Part shown: positions 1-10,030 of the stretch, piece by piece
How positions within the stretch are numbered: position 1 is the stretch's first letter
Layout: each line of letters opens with the position of its first letter
From: Leidyana gryllorum EB-2025a
Taxonomy: Eukaryota > Protista > Apicomplexa
DNA: 64,000 nt
Reading direction: 5' to 3'
Assembly: GCA_048772705.1 (NCBI GenBank)
Contig: JBLWGC010000035.1
Coordinates: 248,001 to 312,000, forward strand
Position numbers and translations under genes: made by a program
The notes under the pieces: model-generated
Seen by the model: the letters and a program-made list of their open reading frames with translations, nothing else
What the model was told of the DNA's origin: nothing
Databases searched by the model: none

Positions 1-2994
1 GGTCTTGCGGGTGCGGATGTAGTCGTGGAACTTCTTTACAGCCCACACCACTGCGAATGCTTCCTGTTCCGACGTGCTCCACCTGGTCTCCGCGTCAGTC
101 AACTTCTTACTAGCATATTCCAGGGTCACCAGCGTCCCCTCTTGGGCTTGCATCAGCACCGCCCCGACCCCTTTCTTACAGGCATCCGTGTTAATCACGA
201 ACAGCCCAGGGCCCTTAGGATAGGCCAGTAAGGCCGCTTCGGCGATTCCCTTCTTAACTAGCGCGAACGCTCGTTGCTGCTCGGGACCCCACTCGAAGGG
301 GTGACTCTGCTTGGTGAGAGACGTCAGTGGCTCCGCGATCGTGCTGTAATCCTGCACGAACTTTCTCAAGTAGCTACTCATCCCCAAGAACTCCCGTAGC
401 TCTCTCAAATTCGTGGGTGCAGGTGCGTTTACGATCCCCTGCACCTTCTTCGGACTCGGCCTGATGCCTTCCCGACTTACTCTAAACCCTAGCATGTTGA
501 CCTCTCGCCTGTACAGCTCCGTCTTCTTGAGCTTGAAGAAGAACCCTGCTTCCCTCGCCGCCGCCAGTACCTCTCGCAGCGTCGCGTCGTGTTCCTCCTT
601 CGTGTCACCCCAAATGGTGATATCGTCAATGTACCTCGTCGCGCAACGGACGGAACCGAAGGCTAGATCTAACGCGCGTTGACACTCGCTCGGAGAATTA
701 CGCACTCCGAACGGGAGCACCGTGTACTCGTAAGTGCCAGCGTGGGTGATCATCGCGGTGTACGGCATACTCCCCTCCTCTAGCCTTACGTTCCAGAAAC
801 CGTTGGCGCAATCTAGAGCCGAGTACCACTCGTGCCCGGCTGCCAATTGGCACAGGTCCCACACGTGAGGCAGGGGGTACGCGTCCGGTACCATCTGCGC
901 GTTGAGAGGGCGGTAATCTACTACAATCCGCCACTCCCCAGTCTTCTTCTTTACAAATAAGGGGCTTGCACCCCACGGGCTCTTACTCGGCCTGATTACA
1001 CCAGCCTTGAGCATACTCTGGAGTTGCTTATCCAACTCCTCCTTCAACTCCGCGGTCAGCGGTCTCAACCTTGCCCTATACGGCTTCCCGTAAACCTCGA
1101 AGCTGGCGGTGCTGACCTTAACTCGCCCCGGCACCGGGTCCAGCCAGGCATCTTTATACTCCCACCAGATGTCCCACAGCTCAGAGACCCTCTCCGGACT
1201 CAAGTGACTCGTGATCGCATGAAACGTAGCTCGAGCCTCGGCTTTCTTTTCTTCGTCGGTAGCCCCTATCTCGTAGCCTGTAACGACGTCTTTAGCCGCA
1301 TTGGCTCGCTTCTCTTCCTCCGTAAGCTCAACCATCAGCGCCTCGACCCTCCTAGGCAGTAACTGGCCCTCGAGAGGGTCCAGCAACAGCCCGCTGGTCT
1401 TCAACGCGTCCATACCTACTAGTAACTGGTCATGATGCGTCTCGACTACCCAAAACGATTGCTCAAAGCCAACCCCTCCAATCTCCAACTTTACAGGTTC
1501 GAGCTTCCGGCCCCTCGCGGTACCCAGCCCGGCGAAGTTTACCGTATCACCGGTAGCCCTTAACCCGAACTTCTTACGCAACGAAGGCCCGCAGACACTG
1601 AAAGCCGCTCCTGTGTCGACTATCGCCTCGAACTCTACTCCGTTGATCTTTACGGGCATCCGGAAAGCCTTTCCGAACCCGTTCGGCGAGCAGCGATACA
1701 CCTCTCTCTCGCCAAGGTAATCTTTGAGCAGGCGGCAGGTCTCCTCGAGGACTCCTTCATCGTCGGTCTCGCTCGACGAGTCCTCGGCCTCGCACACCTT
1801 GGCGTCCGCTTTCTCCTCTTCCGCTGCTTTCTTCTTGGCGGCCTCCTTGAGCTCTCGGTAATGCTTCGCTTTACGCTCTCTAACTTTCGCTGCTCGACTT
1901 CGCAAGATCTCCAACAGCTCTTCCGCGCTTACGATCTTCTCTTCGGCTGAATACGGCTCCTTAGACTGAAGCACGTGACCTGCCCGGGTCTCCATTACAC
2001 GAAGCTTGATCCTCTGCGACTTCGGATCGCGCTTTACTAGCGCCCTACACGTGGTCGCGGCGTGACCTTTCTTGTCGCAATGCTCGCACTTTTTCTCCTT
2101 GTACTCGCAGTCCTTCGAGTGGTGACCCTTCAACCCACACCTGAAGCAGGGAGGCTTCTCCACCTCCTTCTTGGGGGTATCGGCCGGCGCCTTGGGCGGC
2201 TCCGCCGTTTTCTCTTCCATCGACTCATCAGTCGCCGGAGGCTCTGCCGTAAACAGCGGGACACCCGTCCGCGCTCTCTTCTTAGCACACTCAGCTTCGG
2301 CGAACTCAGCCCCGTCCATTAAGGCCGTGAGCGAGTCGAGGTTGGGCATATAGCTTAATCTCTCGAGCACATCGAGGGGTAAACTTCTCTTGAAGAGCAT
2401 CCGCAACCTTCCCTCGGTGAGCAGGGAGTCGTGTTGGCGACGGTCTCTCACTCGGACGAATCTCCTGCAGACCGAACGCATCCACGCCACCGCATCCGGC
2501 ACTGTCCCCGCTCTCTTTCCCGCAGCGATCTCTAACTCGAGCTCCTCTACGTAGTCGGAGTGGCGGAAGTGTCTCTTCGCCACTCTCTCGACCATCTCCT
2601 CGTACTGGAGTCCCGCCGGTAGGCTACGGAGGGTTGCCGCTACATTCGGCGTTGCCACCAGAGCCCAGGCATCTCTGAAGAGTTCGGAGCAGAGTCCGAA
2701 TCTCTTGATTTGCGCCGCCGCTGCGTCGACCCAGTCTTCGAACGCTCTCTCGTTGGGCGGGTCGAATGGAGCGAGGTTGAGGAAGTTGAGGAACTTGGCT
2801 CTCCGATTGAGCTGTTCCACCACGTCGTCCTCATGTGGTTCTCGGGGGAACCTCTCGTCGTTAGCTAGGAACTCCAACAGCACAGCCTCGTGGTTCCCAG
2901 AACAGCCCCCAGCTGAGCCGTGTGAATGGCTCACGTTAACCTCCGAGGCTGCGGGGGTTCCTATAGGCTTACTCAACATAGGCGTGTCGCTCAT
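1..2994 (-). CDS. Gag-Pol polyprotein (3' partial; missing from the ORF track because no stop lies inside the window)
   Basis: Manual translation from ATG 2994: capsid-like helices; zinc knuckles CFRCGLKGHHSKDC and CEHCDKKGHAATTC (2047-2148); protease AIVDTGA (~1610); RT motifs SPWGASPLFVKKK, DYRPLN, LPFGVRNSP, YIDD (622-633); RNase H start FVINTDACKKGVGAVLMQ. ATG and YIDD are in the same frame. Confidence 0.93.
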   Translation of the reverse strand, partial: MSDTPMLSKPIGTPAASEVNVSHSHGSAGGCSGNHEAVLLEFLANDERFPREPHEDDVVEQLNRRAKFLNFLNLAPFDPPNERAFEDWVDAAAAQIKRFGLCSELFRDAWALVATPNVAATLRSLPAGLQYEEMVERVAKRHFRHSDYVEELELEIAAGKRAGTVPDAVAWMRSVCRRFVRVRDRRQHDSLLTEGRLRMLFKRSLPLDVLERLSYMPNLDSLTALMDGAEFAEAECAKKRARTGVPLFTAEPPATDESMEEKTAEPPKAPADTPKKEVEKPPCFRCGLKGHHSKDCEYKEKKCEHCDKKGHAATTCRALVKRDPKSQRIKLRVMETRAGHVLQSKEPYSAEEKIVSAEELLEILRSRAAKVRERKAKHYRELKEAAKKKAAEEEKADAKVCEAEDSSSETDDEGVLEETCRLLKDYLGEREVYRCSPNGFGKAFRMPVKINGVEFEAIVDTGAAFSVCGPSLRKKFGLRATGDTVNFAGLGTARGRKLEPVKLEIGGVGFEQSFWVVETHHDQLLVGMDALKTSGLLLDPLEGQLLPRRVEALMVELTEEEKRANAAKDVVTGYEIGATDEEKKAEARATFHAITSHLSPERVSELWDIWWEYKDAWLDPVPGRVKVSTASFEVYGKPYRARLRPLTAELKEELDKQLQSMLKAGVIRPSKSPWGASPLFVKKKTGEWRIVVDYRPLNAQMVPDAYPLPHVWDLCQLAAGHEWYSALDCANGFWNVRLEEGSMPYTAMITHAGTYEYTVLPFGVRNSPSECQRALDLAFGSVRCATRYIDDITIWGDTKEEHDATLREVLAAAREAGFFFKLKKTELYRREVNMLGFRVSREGIRPSPKKVQGIVNAPAPTNLRELREFLGMSSYLRKFVQDYSTIAEPLTSLTKQSHPFEWGPEQQRAFALVKKGIAEAALLAYPKGPGLFVINTDACKKGVGAVLMQAQEGTLVTLEYASKKLTDAETRWSTSEQEAFAVVWAVKKFHDYIRTRKT
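2894..2911 (-). promoter_or_regulatory. Primer binding site, probably tRNA-Pro
   Basis: Minus strand TGGGGGCTGTTCTGGGAA (18 nt, starts TGG) resembles the tRNA-Pro PBS TGGGGGCTCGTCCGGGAT. Confidence 0.7.
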
Positions 2995-3092
2995 TAGTTA
3001 TCAACTAGCTCTGATCTATTTACAAAAGACTAAAAGGATGTCGGCGACATAACATTGCCTTCGCGTTTTGCCTCACTGCGCCTGACCGCTCA
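2914..3092 (-). repeat. 5' LTR (179 bp)
   Basis: Begins TGAGC and ends GCTCA (terminal inverted repeat); followed after 2 nt by a PBS. The second LTR is outside the window, so length is unconfirmed. Confidence 0.75.
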
Positions 3093-4364
3093 CGCCCAGT
3101 GACGGAAACGGGCTTCGAGGTATTCGACATTTTCCGCCGATCTCAGGTAGCTTTGAAGTCGCCAGCGCTCTTTGGGCGTCAGCGTCTTCACAACAAAATA
3201 TCGAGTTTCCGCCATTTCGGCTAAAGACAATCGTCTCCTCTTCGAAATCGTCGAAGTTCTCTTACAGCGCCCAAAATGTCGTTTGTCATCGGTTTCTGAG
3301 GCTGAAGTGCTGTCGGTATCCGTTGACATTGTTTTACTTCTGAACTCTTTCTGGGGGCCCTCGGAAGGTTCGGCGTCCAGCAGTCCCGCTCTAACCGCAG
3401 GGACCCATCCGAGCCAAGGAGGCAACTTGTCGAAGGGCTTCAGGCGGTGCCACGGGGTGTGAGTGTAAACATAACCCCCCGCCTGTGAAGAACACAAATG
3501 GTCAATCTCACACGCTTCCGTCCCGGCTCTCTCACGACAGTATTGACAAAGTTTCAACAGATTCTGTGGAGAGAAGGCAGTGGAGTAACAGAACTGCGAG
3601 AACGCCAGCGAAGCAAAATCTTCAAGATCGCCGACTCCCCCAACCCCTTCGGTACTTTTCCAATGTGAGCGGAGACGCCGGAACTCGTCACACCATAACC
3701 CCGGTGAACTCGCTTTCGATTGAGAGCCGTTCCAGAATTCCCAGGGATTACGCAAGAACGGTACACTGCGATGGAAATACCACACAGCCCTCTCGCTCAC
3801 TTTGTTTGCCCTCAAAGCGGTGTGCGGCGCACAATTCAAGACGTCAGGAGAAGGAGGAATGGTCTTAACGGCTTCACATTGGCGTTCGCTCAAAGTTCTC
3901 AGAATCTCTTCTATGGCCGCTGAAAGTCCGACGATTGTTATCGTCTTCAGTGTGTCCGGTTTCCGACTCGTTCTCTCCAACCACTGATCGAAGCCTCCCT
4001 CGGGATCGAGTCTCCATTCGTCGATCGCATACTGATCGGCATCGGCAATCGCGGGACACTTCCTGAGTGGAACGGGACGGTGCCAAACGAGGTCGTCCCA
4101 AGTGTACTTTTCCCATGCTTGGGGGATTAGGCTGCGGGGCCGCTGAGGCAGCGAACGTCTATAAATCTCCCTCTCTCTCACAGCTCTGTCACCCAATGCC
4201 GGCAATAAATGAACCCTTTTCACTTCGATCACTAAATGTCGGGATGTGAATATATCCCTCAAAGCGGCTAACGTCTGCTTGGAGACCCGTCTCACTTTAC
4301 AGACTTCACCGATTCGCAGAAAGTCGAAAACCTGAGCCCAAAAGATTGGGCGGAGGTCGGGCAT
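3090..4364 (-). pseudogene. F-box-like gene, copy 1, truncated by the retrotransposon
   Basis: Near-identical to the 5' two-thirds of 5000-6997; ends RFRHWA* where the TGA is supplied by the first LTR bases. Confidence 0.85.
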
Positions 4365-4999
4365 TGTTGAGGGCCAAAAAAATATAATCCGACCGCAATC
4401 TAAAATTCTACTCGACCCGACCCCGTCAGCAATCTCACTCGGATGCCAGAGTCCTTCAGTCTTGATCTATCAGCATTAGCTACTCGATCTGGATGTTGGG
4501 CCCCCCGTTCACCCCCCAGTTAAGCTCAGTTAAGCTGTATGTCTCCTGCCGGTCCGTAGGAGACAGACACAGACACGTGTGTGCTCTACGTAAATTGAAT
4601 TAGACGATGGTCAAAAAGGGAACTAAAAATCCACTACTGATACCGTTAGATGAGGAACATTCACACAGGGCGAATTGAATACGCCTACCAGTCGTCATCC
4701 CACTATGGATGAGTTTTCAGATCAAGTCTTGTCGCAGTGCCGAACCACCTCACCTCCCACGTCCTGATCGAAGGCATCGACACTGGACGCGGCAACAGAT
4801 CAATTGCCCTCCGGCGAGCCCGCCTTCGAATACCGACAACTCTGTTCGTTCAGAATCGCTCGATATCTTTGATTAAAATGCAGACTGATTTGAGGGTGAG
4901 CGCTCCGGCAATGACACGACTCCAAAGCCGAGCTTTCCAACCGCCTTCCGGCTGGGTGGCATCACCTGTTGTTCCATCTTTGGAAATGTTCTCAGCTCC

Positions 5000-6997
5000 T
5001 CAGCCCTCGAACGCCACTAATTTCTGCAGTCTTCGCCAGAAGACGGCAGTTGTGGCATAAATGGAGACGGGCGTATCCGTCCAAATCTTCCACGACTCTA
5101 ACGTGTCGTGGTCACCTGCCAACACCCGCTCCAAATACCACATATCATAGAGACTGAACCACCCGACGGGTCCTTTAAGGGATTTGAAGCTTTTCACGGG
5201 GCGCCTCAGAGTATCCTGCGCTGAGATCAAAGATGTCCACCACTCATTGAACCGCTGTAGTTTCTCGCCCTCGATACGGCCGACTATCTCTCCCGGGTGT
5301 AACCGTTCATCCACCGCTTCCCGCAGAGTCTCCCACACTGCGGCAGTTTCCGCTTCCAAATTCCAGAGATCGTTGCTGATGGGCGCCCCGATGTGCTGCA
5401 ACACTTTGTATAATGTCTCCCGATGGCACTGTCCAGACACCAATTCCAGCAGAACTGTCGTCCAGGGCTCCTCCAGGAAGGCTATTCCGTGCAATCCCAA
5501 TCTCACAGAACGTCCGGTGAGGAGTTGGACTTCGTGGAGGACCAAATAAGTCCACAATATGTCTCTCGGATGTGTCACCAAATCCGTCACAATCTGAGAG
5601 ATTTGGTGTTTTATGATTACCTCCTTAAGTCGCAATGCCTTCTCCATGTTGGAGGGCAGATGCTTCATGCGACAGCTTCGGACGCATTTCTCGGGTAACA
5701 GTGCGGAGTCCTGCGGGTCGATGATCGCCCAGTGACGGAAACGGGCTTCGAGGTATTCGACATTTTCCGCCGATCTCAGGTAGCTTTGAAGTCGCCAGCG
5801 CTCTTTGGGCGTCAGCGTTTTCACAACAAAATATCGAGTTTCCGCCATTTCGGCTAAAGACAATCGTCTCCTCTTCGAAATCGTCGAAGTTCTCTTACAG
5901 TGCCCAAAATGTCGTTTGTCATCGGTTTCTGAGGCTGAAGTGCTGTCGCTATCCGTTGACATTGTTTTACTTCTGAACTCTTTCTGGGGGCCCTCGGAAG
6001 GTTCGGCGTCCAGCAGTCCCGCTCTAACCGCAGGGACCCATCCGAGCCAAGGAGGCAACTTGTCGAAGGGCTTCAGGCGGTGCCACGGGGTGTGAGTGTA
6101 GACATAACCCCCCGCCTGTGAAGAACACAAATGGTCAATCTCACACGCTTCCGTCCCGGCTCTCTCACGACAGTATTGACAAAGTTTCAACAGATTCTGT
6201 GGAGAGAAGGCAGTGGAGTAACAGAACTGCGAGAACGCCAGCGAAGCAAAATCTTCAAGATCGCCGACTCCCCCAACCCCTTCGGTACTTTTCCAATGTG
6301 AGCGGAGACGCCGGAACTCGTCACACCATAACCCCGGTGAACTCGCTTTCGATTGAGAGCCGTTCCAGAATTCCCAGGGATTACGCAAGAACGGTACACT
6401 GCGATGGAAATACCACACAGCGCTCTCGCTCACTTTGTTTGCCCTCAAAGCGGTGTGCGGCGCACAATTCAAGACGTCAGGAGAAGGAGGAATGGTCTTA
6501 ACGGCTTCACATTGGCGTTCGCTCAAAGTTCTCAGAATCTCTTCTACGGCCGCTGAAAGTCCGACGATTGTTATCGTCTTCAGTGTGTCCGGTTTCCGAC
6601 TCGTTCTCTCCAACCACTGATCGAAGCCTCCCTCGGGATCGAGTCTCCATTCGTCGATCGCATACTGATCGGCATCGGCAATCGCGGGACACTTCCTGAG
6701 TGGAACGGGACGGTGCCAAACGAGGTCGTCCCAAGTGTACTTTTCCCATGCTTGGGGGATTAGGCTGCGGGGCCGCTGAGGCAGCGAACGTCTATAAATC
6801 TCCCTCTCTCTCACAGCTCTGTCACCCAATCCCGGCAATAAATAAACCCTCTTCACTTCGATCACCAAATGACGGGATGTGAATATATCCCTCAAAGCGG
6901 CTAACGTCTGCTTGGAGACCCGTCTCACTTTACAGACTTCACCGATTCGCAGAAAGTCGAAAACCTGAGCCCAAAAGATTGGGCGGAGGTCGGGCAT
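5000..6997 (-). CDS. Hypothetical ~665 aa protein with N-terminal F-box-like motif (intact copy 2)
   Basis: Long intronless ORF; PDLRPIFWAQVFDFLRIGEVCKVRRVSK fits the F-box pattern; basic KRRRL possible NLS; remainder unrecognised. Confidence 0.65.
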   Translation of the reverse strand: MPDLRPIFWAQVFDFLRIGEVCKVRRVSKQTLAALRDIFTSRHLVIEVKRVYLLPGLGDRAVREREIYRRSLPQRPRSLIPQAWEKYTWDDLVWHRPVPLRKCPAIADADQYAIDEWRLDPEGGFDQWLERTSRKPDTLKTITIVGLSAAVEEILRTLSERQCEAVKTIPPSPDVLNCAPHTALRANKVSESAVWYFHRSVPFLRNPWEFWNGSQSKASSPGLWCDEFRRLRSHWKSTEGVGGVGDLEDFASLAFSQFCYSTAFSPQNLLKLCQYCRERAGTEACEIDHLCSSQAGGYVYTHTPWHRLKPFDKLPPWLGWVPAVRAGLLDAEPSEGPQKEFRSKTMSTDSDSTSASETDDKRHFGHCKRTSTISKRRRLSLAEMAETRYFVVKTLTPKERWRLQSYLRSAENVEYLEARFRHWAIIDPQDSALLPEKCVRSCRMKHLPSNMEKALRLKEVIIKHQISQIVTDLVTHPRDILWTYLVLHEVQLLTGRSVRLGLHGIAFLEEPWTTVLLELVSGQCHRETLYKVLQHIGAPISNDLWNLEAETAAVWETLREAVDERLHPGEIVGRIEGEKLQRFNEWWTSLISAQDTLRRPVKSFKSLKGPVGWFSLYDMWYLERVLAGDHDTLESWKIWTDTPVSIYATTAVFWRRLQKLVAFEG

Positions 6998-7598
6998 TGT
7001 TGAGGGCCAAAAAATCCAATCCGACCGCAATCTAAAATTCTACTCGATCCGACCCGACCCTGTTGGCAATCTCACTCGGATGCCAGAGTCCTTCAGTCTT
7101 GATCTATCAGGATTAGCTAGTCGATCTGGATGTTGGGCCCCGTCCCCAGTTAAGCTGTATGTCTCCTGCCGGTCCATACGAGACATTGGAGACCGGCCTG
7201 GTAGACACAGACACGTGTGTGCTCTACGTTAATTGAATTAGACGATAGTCAAAAAGGGAACTAAAAATCCACTACTGATACCATTAGATGAGGAACATTC
7301 ACACAGGGCGAATTGACTACGCCTACAAGTCGTCATCCCACTATGGATGAGTTTCCAGATCAAGTCTTGTCGCAGCGCCGAACCACCTCACCGCTAATTT
7401 CCTGATCGAAGGTATCGACACTGGACGCGGCAACAGATCAATTGCCCTCCGGCGAACCCGCCTTCGAATACCGACAACTCTGTTCGTTCAGAATCGCTCG
7501 ATATCTCTGATTAAAATCCAGATTGATTTGAGGGTGAGAGCTCCGGCAATGACACGACTCCAAAGCCGAGCTCTCCTACTACCGCCTTCCGGCTGGGT

Positions 7599-8194
7599 GC
7601 TGTCCAGACACCAATTCCAGCAGAAATGTCGTCCAGGGCTCCTCCAGGAAGGCTATTCCGTGCAATCCCAATCTCACAGAACGTCCGGTGAGGAGTTGGA
7701 CTTCGTGGAGGACCAAATAAGTCCACAATATGTCTCTCGGATGTGTCACCAAATCCGTCACAATCTGAGAGATTTGGTGTTTTATGATTACTTCCTTAAA
7801 TCGCAATGCCGTCTCCATGTTGGAGGGCAGATGCTTCATGCGACAGCTTCGGACGCATTCCTCGGGTAACAGTGCGGAGTCCTGCGGGTCGATGATCGCC
7901 CAGTGACGGAAACGGGGTTCGAGATTTTCCGCCGATCTCAGGTAGCTTTGAAGTCGCCAGCGCTCTTTGGGCGTCAGCGTTTTCACAACAAAATATCGAG
8001 TTTCCGCCATTTCGGCTAAAGACAATCGTCTCCTCTTCGAAGCCGTCGAAGTTCTCTTACAGTGCCCAAAATGTCGTTTGTCATTGGTGTCGGAGTCTGA
8101 AGTGATGTCGCTATCCGTTGATCTGAACTCTTTCTGGGGGCCCTCGGAAGGTTCGGCGTCCAGCAGTCCCGCTCTAACCGCAGGGACCCATCCG
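7599..8194 (-). pseudogene. F-box-like gene, copy 3, internal fragment
   Basis: Matches ~5429-6044 with small in-frame deletions; lacks the 5' end, and a ~470 bp deletion removes the 3' end. Confidence 0.8.
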
Positions 8195-8399
8195 CGCGAG
8201 AACGTGGGAGAAGCAGAATCTTCGCGCCTGAATTCCCCTCGATTCCGAGATGTTCGCACCCGCGCGACTTGTATGGCCGCCCTCGTAGAAACGGTAACGG
8301 GCTTTTCCCCTTTCCCCAGGTTCCATACCTCAGGCTCCATACCTCACAAACCTTCATACCAAACATTGATTTACTCTCTAACCGGACTTTGCTGAAAGA

Positions 8400-9812
8400 A
8401 TGAAGAGCATTATCTGCTTTGCCCACGACTCCTCCTCCATTGTTTCAGGATTGAAAACAACCACCGGACGCCCCAGGGTATCAACTATTACAATTGATAA
8501 ATTCAATTGTGAACTCGTTTTGACCGATGGGGCGTCGGCACTGCTGAAAATCCCGTACCTCCTCGAAGACAAGGGTGTTGATAACAGAGTATCGGTGATC
8601 AACCACCAATCAAATGTCTTTGTGCGCGTTCAACTCTCTTCCCGCGTCATGTGTTTAGAGAGGCAGGAGCTGTTGGGACTCATATTGAGAGCAGTTTCAC
8701 TCGAAACTGCTGCCACTCCCTCCTCCTCCTCTCCGCCGTCGAAGAGACCTCGACAGTGCGCGCCCTCGGAGAGAACAACAAGGAATGGCTTCCTCAGTCA
8801 GGTTCCCCGCCAGGCCAACTTTCTCGTGCACAGCTCGGTGCCCACCACTGAGGCACTCTCAATCTTCGACAGCGCACACTACGCTGGCTTTACTGAAGTC
8901 CGTCTTCACTCGGAGATGGCCGCAGCCATTTTGGGCTGCTGCTCCAATGGAACCGCTTTGGATGACCAGCGGTCCGTCGTGTACTTTCGAGTTGGCGAGA
9001 CCTCCAGCTGTCTGGAGGTCGCGCTATGGGATGGACAAGCCTTGACAATAAAGGCTTCGGCCTCGGTTTCAGAGGGGTGGCGAGATTTGTTCATTCGGCA
9101 CAATCATGTCCTCCAAAGATCTCGGGACCCCCTGGCTGCTCTTCGCAGGCTGGAGGACCAGATCTTCAGCAGATATGTCGACGAAACTGGTCGGAGTGAG
9201 GAGTCCTTGACACTTCATCTGAAAGATATGGAGGCGGACGTCATCCGCAACTTGGAGACGATGCATCAAGAAGTCTCAGATGAAACGGGGAATATTGGTT
9301 TGGTGGTTTTGCGCGGAGAGAGTTTGAGACGCTCGAGTGTACTCCAGAAGATCAGCGATCTTTATTCATCGGCACCTGTCAAATGGTGTAGCGATGATCT
9401 CCTCATGAGGGGAGGAATATTCGTGGCCGAGCTTGAGAGTGGCGCCGCCGAGGGTGTTTCGATCGTTGGATTGAAAAGGTCGAATCCGCAGAGGCGACCG
9501 CGAACGATGTTCCGTCGACTGCCATACTTTCTCGTCCAATGTTCTGACGTCGAAAGCATTCGATTGGTCAGTTCCGAACTCCCCGATCGACGAACGAAAA
9601 AGTCATCAGGGCGGCGGACTCCAAAGGTGGAAGACTGTGATGATCTGAGTACTCTTGAACAGCAACGACTCTTCTTCGAGATGCTTAAAGAGGATCCGAC
9701 AGGAATGGCACATCTGTCTCTGACTGATTGCTCTTTCGATGATGATTGGATTTACAGATACGCGTCGCACCGGGAGACCTTGCGACAGAGTGAATCAGAA
9801 ACGGAGACATAG
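8400..9812 (+). CDS. Highly divergent Hsp70-NBD-like (actin-fold) protein
   Basis: 470 aa ORF; IFDSAHYAGFTEVRLHSEMAAAILG, VVYFRVGETSSCLEV and IGLVVLRGESLRRSSVLQKISDLY are colinear with Hsp70 TKDAG-IAGL-VLRIINEPTAAAIAY, LIFDLGGGTFDVS and IVLVGGSTRIPKIQ. Confidence 0.6.
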   Translation: MKSIICFAHDSSSIVSGLKTTTGRPRVSTITIDKFNCELVLTDGASALLKIPYLLEDKGVDNRVSVINHQSNVFVRVQLSSRVMCLERQELLGLILRAVSLETAATPSSSSPPSKRPRQCAPSERTTRNGFLSQVPRQANFLVHSSVPTTEALSIFDSAHYAGFTEVRLHSEMAAAILGCCSNGTALDDQRSVVYFRVGETSSCLEVALWDGQALTIKASASVSEGWRDLFIRHNHVLQRSRDPLAALRRLEDQIFSRYVDETGRSEESLTLHLKDMEADVIRNLETMHQEVSDETGNIGLVVLRGESLRRSSVLQKISDLYSSAPVKWCSDDLLMRGGIFVAELESGAAEGVSIVGLKRSNPQRRPRTMFRRLPYFLVQCSDVESIRLVSSELPDRRTKKSSGRRTPKVEDCDDLSTLEQQRLFFEMLKEDPTGMAHLSLTDCSFDDDWIYRYASHRETLRQSESETET

Positions 9813-10030
9813 TATAGCTTATTTGCATTTTCCCACCATCGACATGTGTTGTCTTATTCCTATTTCAACCCAATAAAAATGTCACATATCCTTACAAATG
9901 ATTGAAGCCCGTAACACAGTCTTTTGAGCGACTCATCGTAAAAGCGGCACGGCTGCCAAGTTTTGGAGTCGTCTTACTTTTAGTTGGAGGCAATTTCGAC
10001 TACGAAAGTGGCGACTCTGACCGTTTTTGT

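Larger units (their letters stand above)
1..3092 (-). mobile_element. Ty3/Gypsy (Metaviridae) LTR retrotransposon, 5' portion; continues off the window start
   Basis: Domain order gag-protease-RT-RNase H in one frame. Boundary at 3092 is where identity to the uninterrupted paralog (5726 onward) breaks; the element starts with TG. Confidence 0.95.
3093..8194. repeat. Tandem segmental duplication, unit ~2.63 kb
   Basis: 3093-4958 aligns with 5726-7598 (offset ~2633), including intergenic DNA; 7599-8194 aligns with 5429-6044. Confidence 0.95.

Noticed and set aside
4620-5002. Readthrough extension of the F-box-like ORF past its TGA
   Set aside because: Further TGA and TAG stops follow in both copies, and differences between copies are mostly non-synonymous; looks non-coding.
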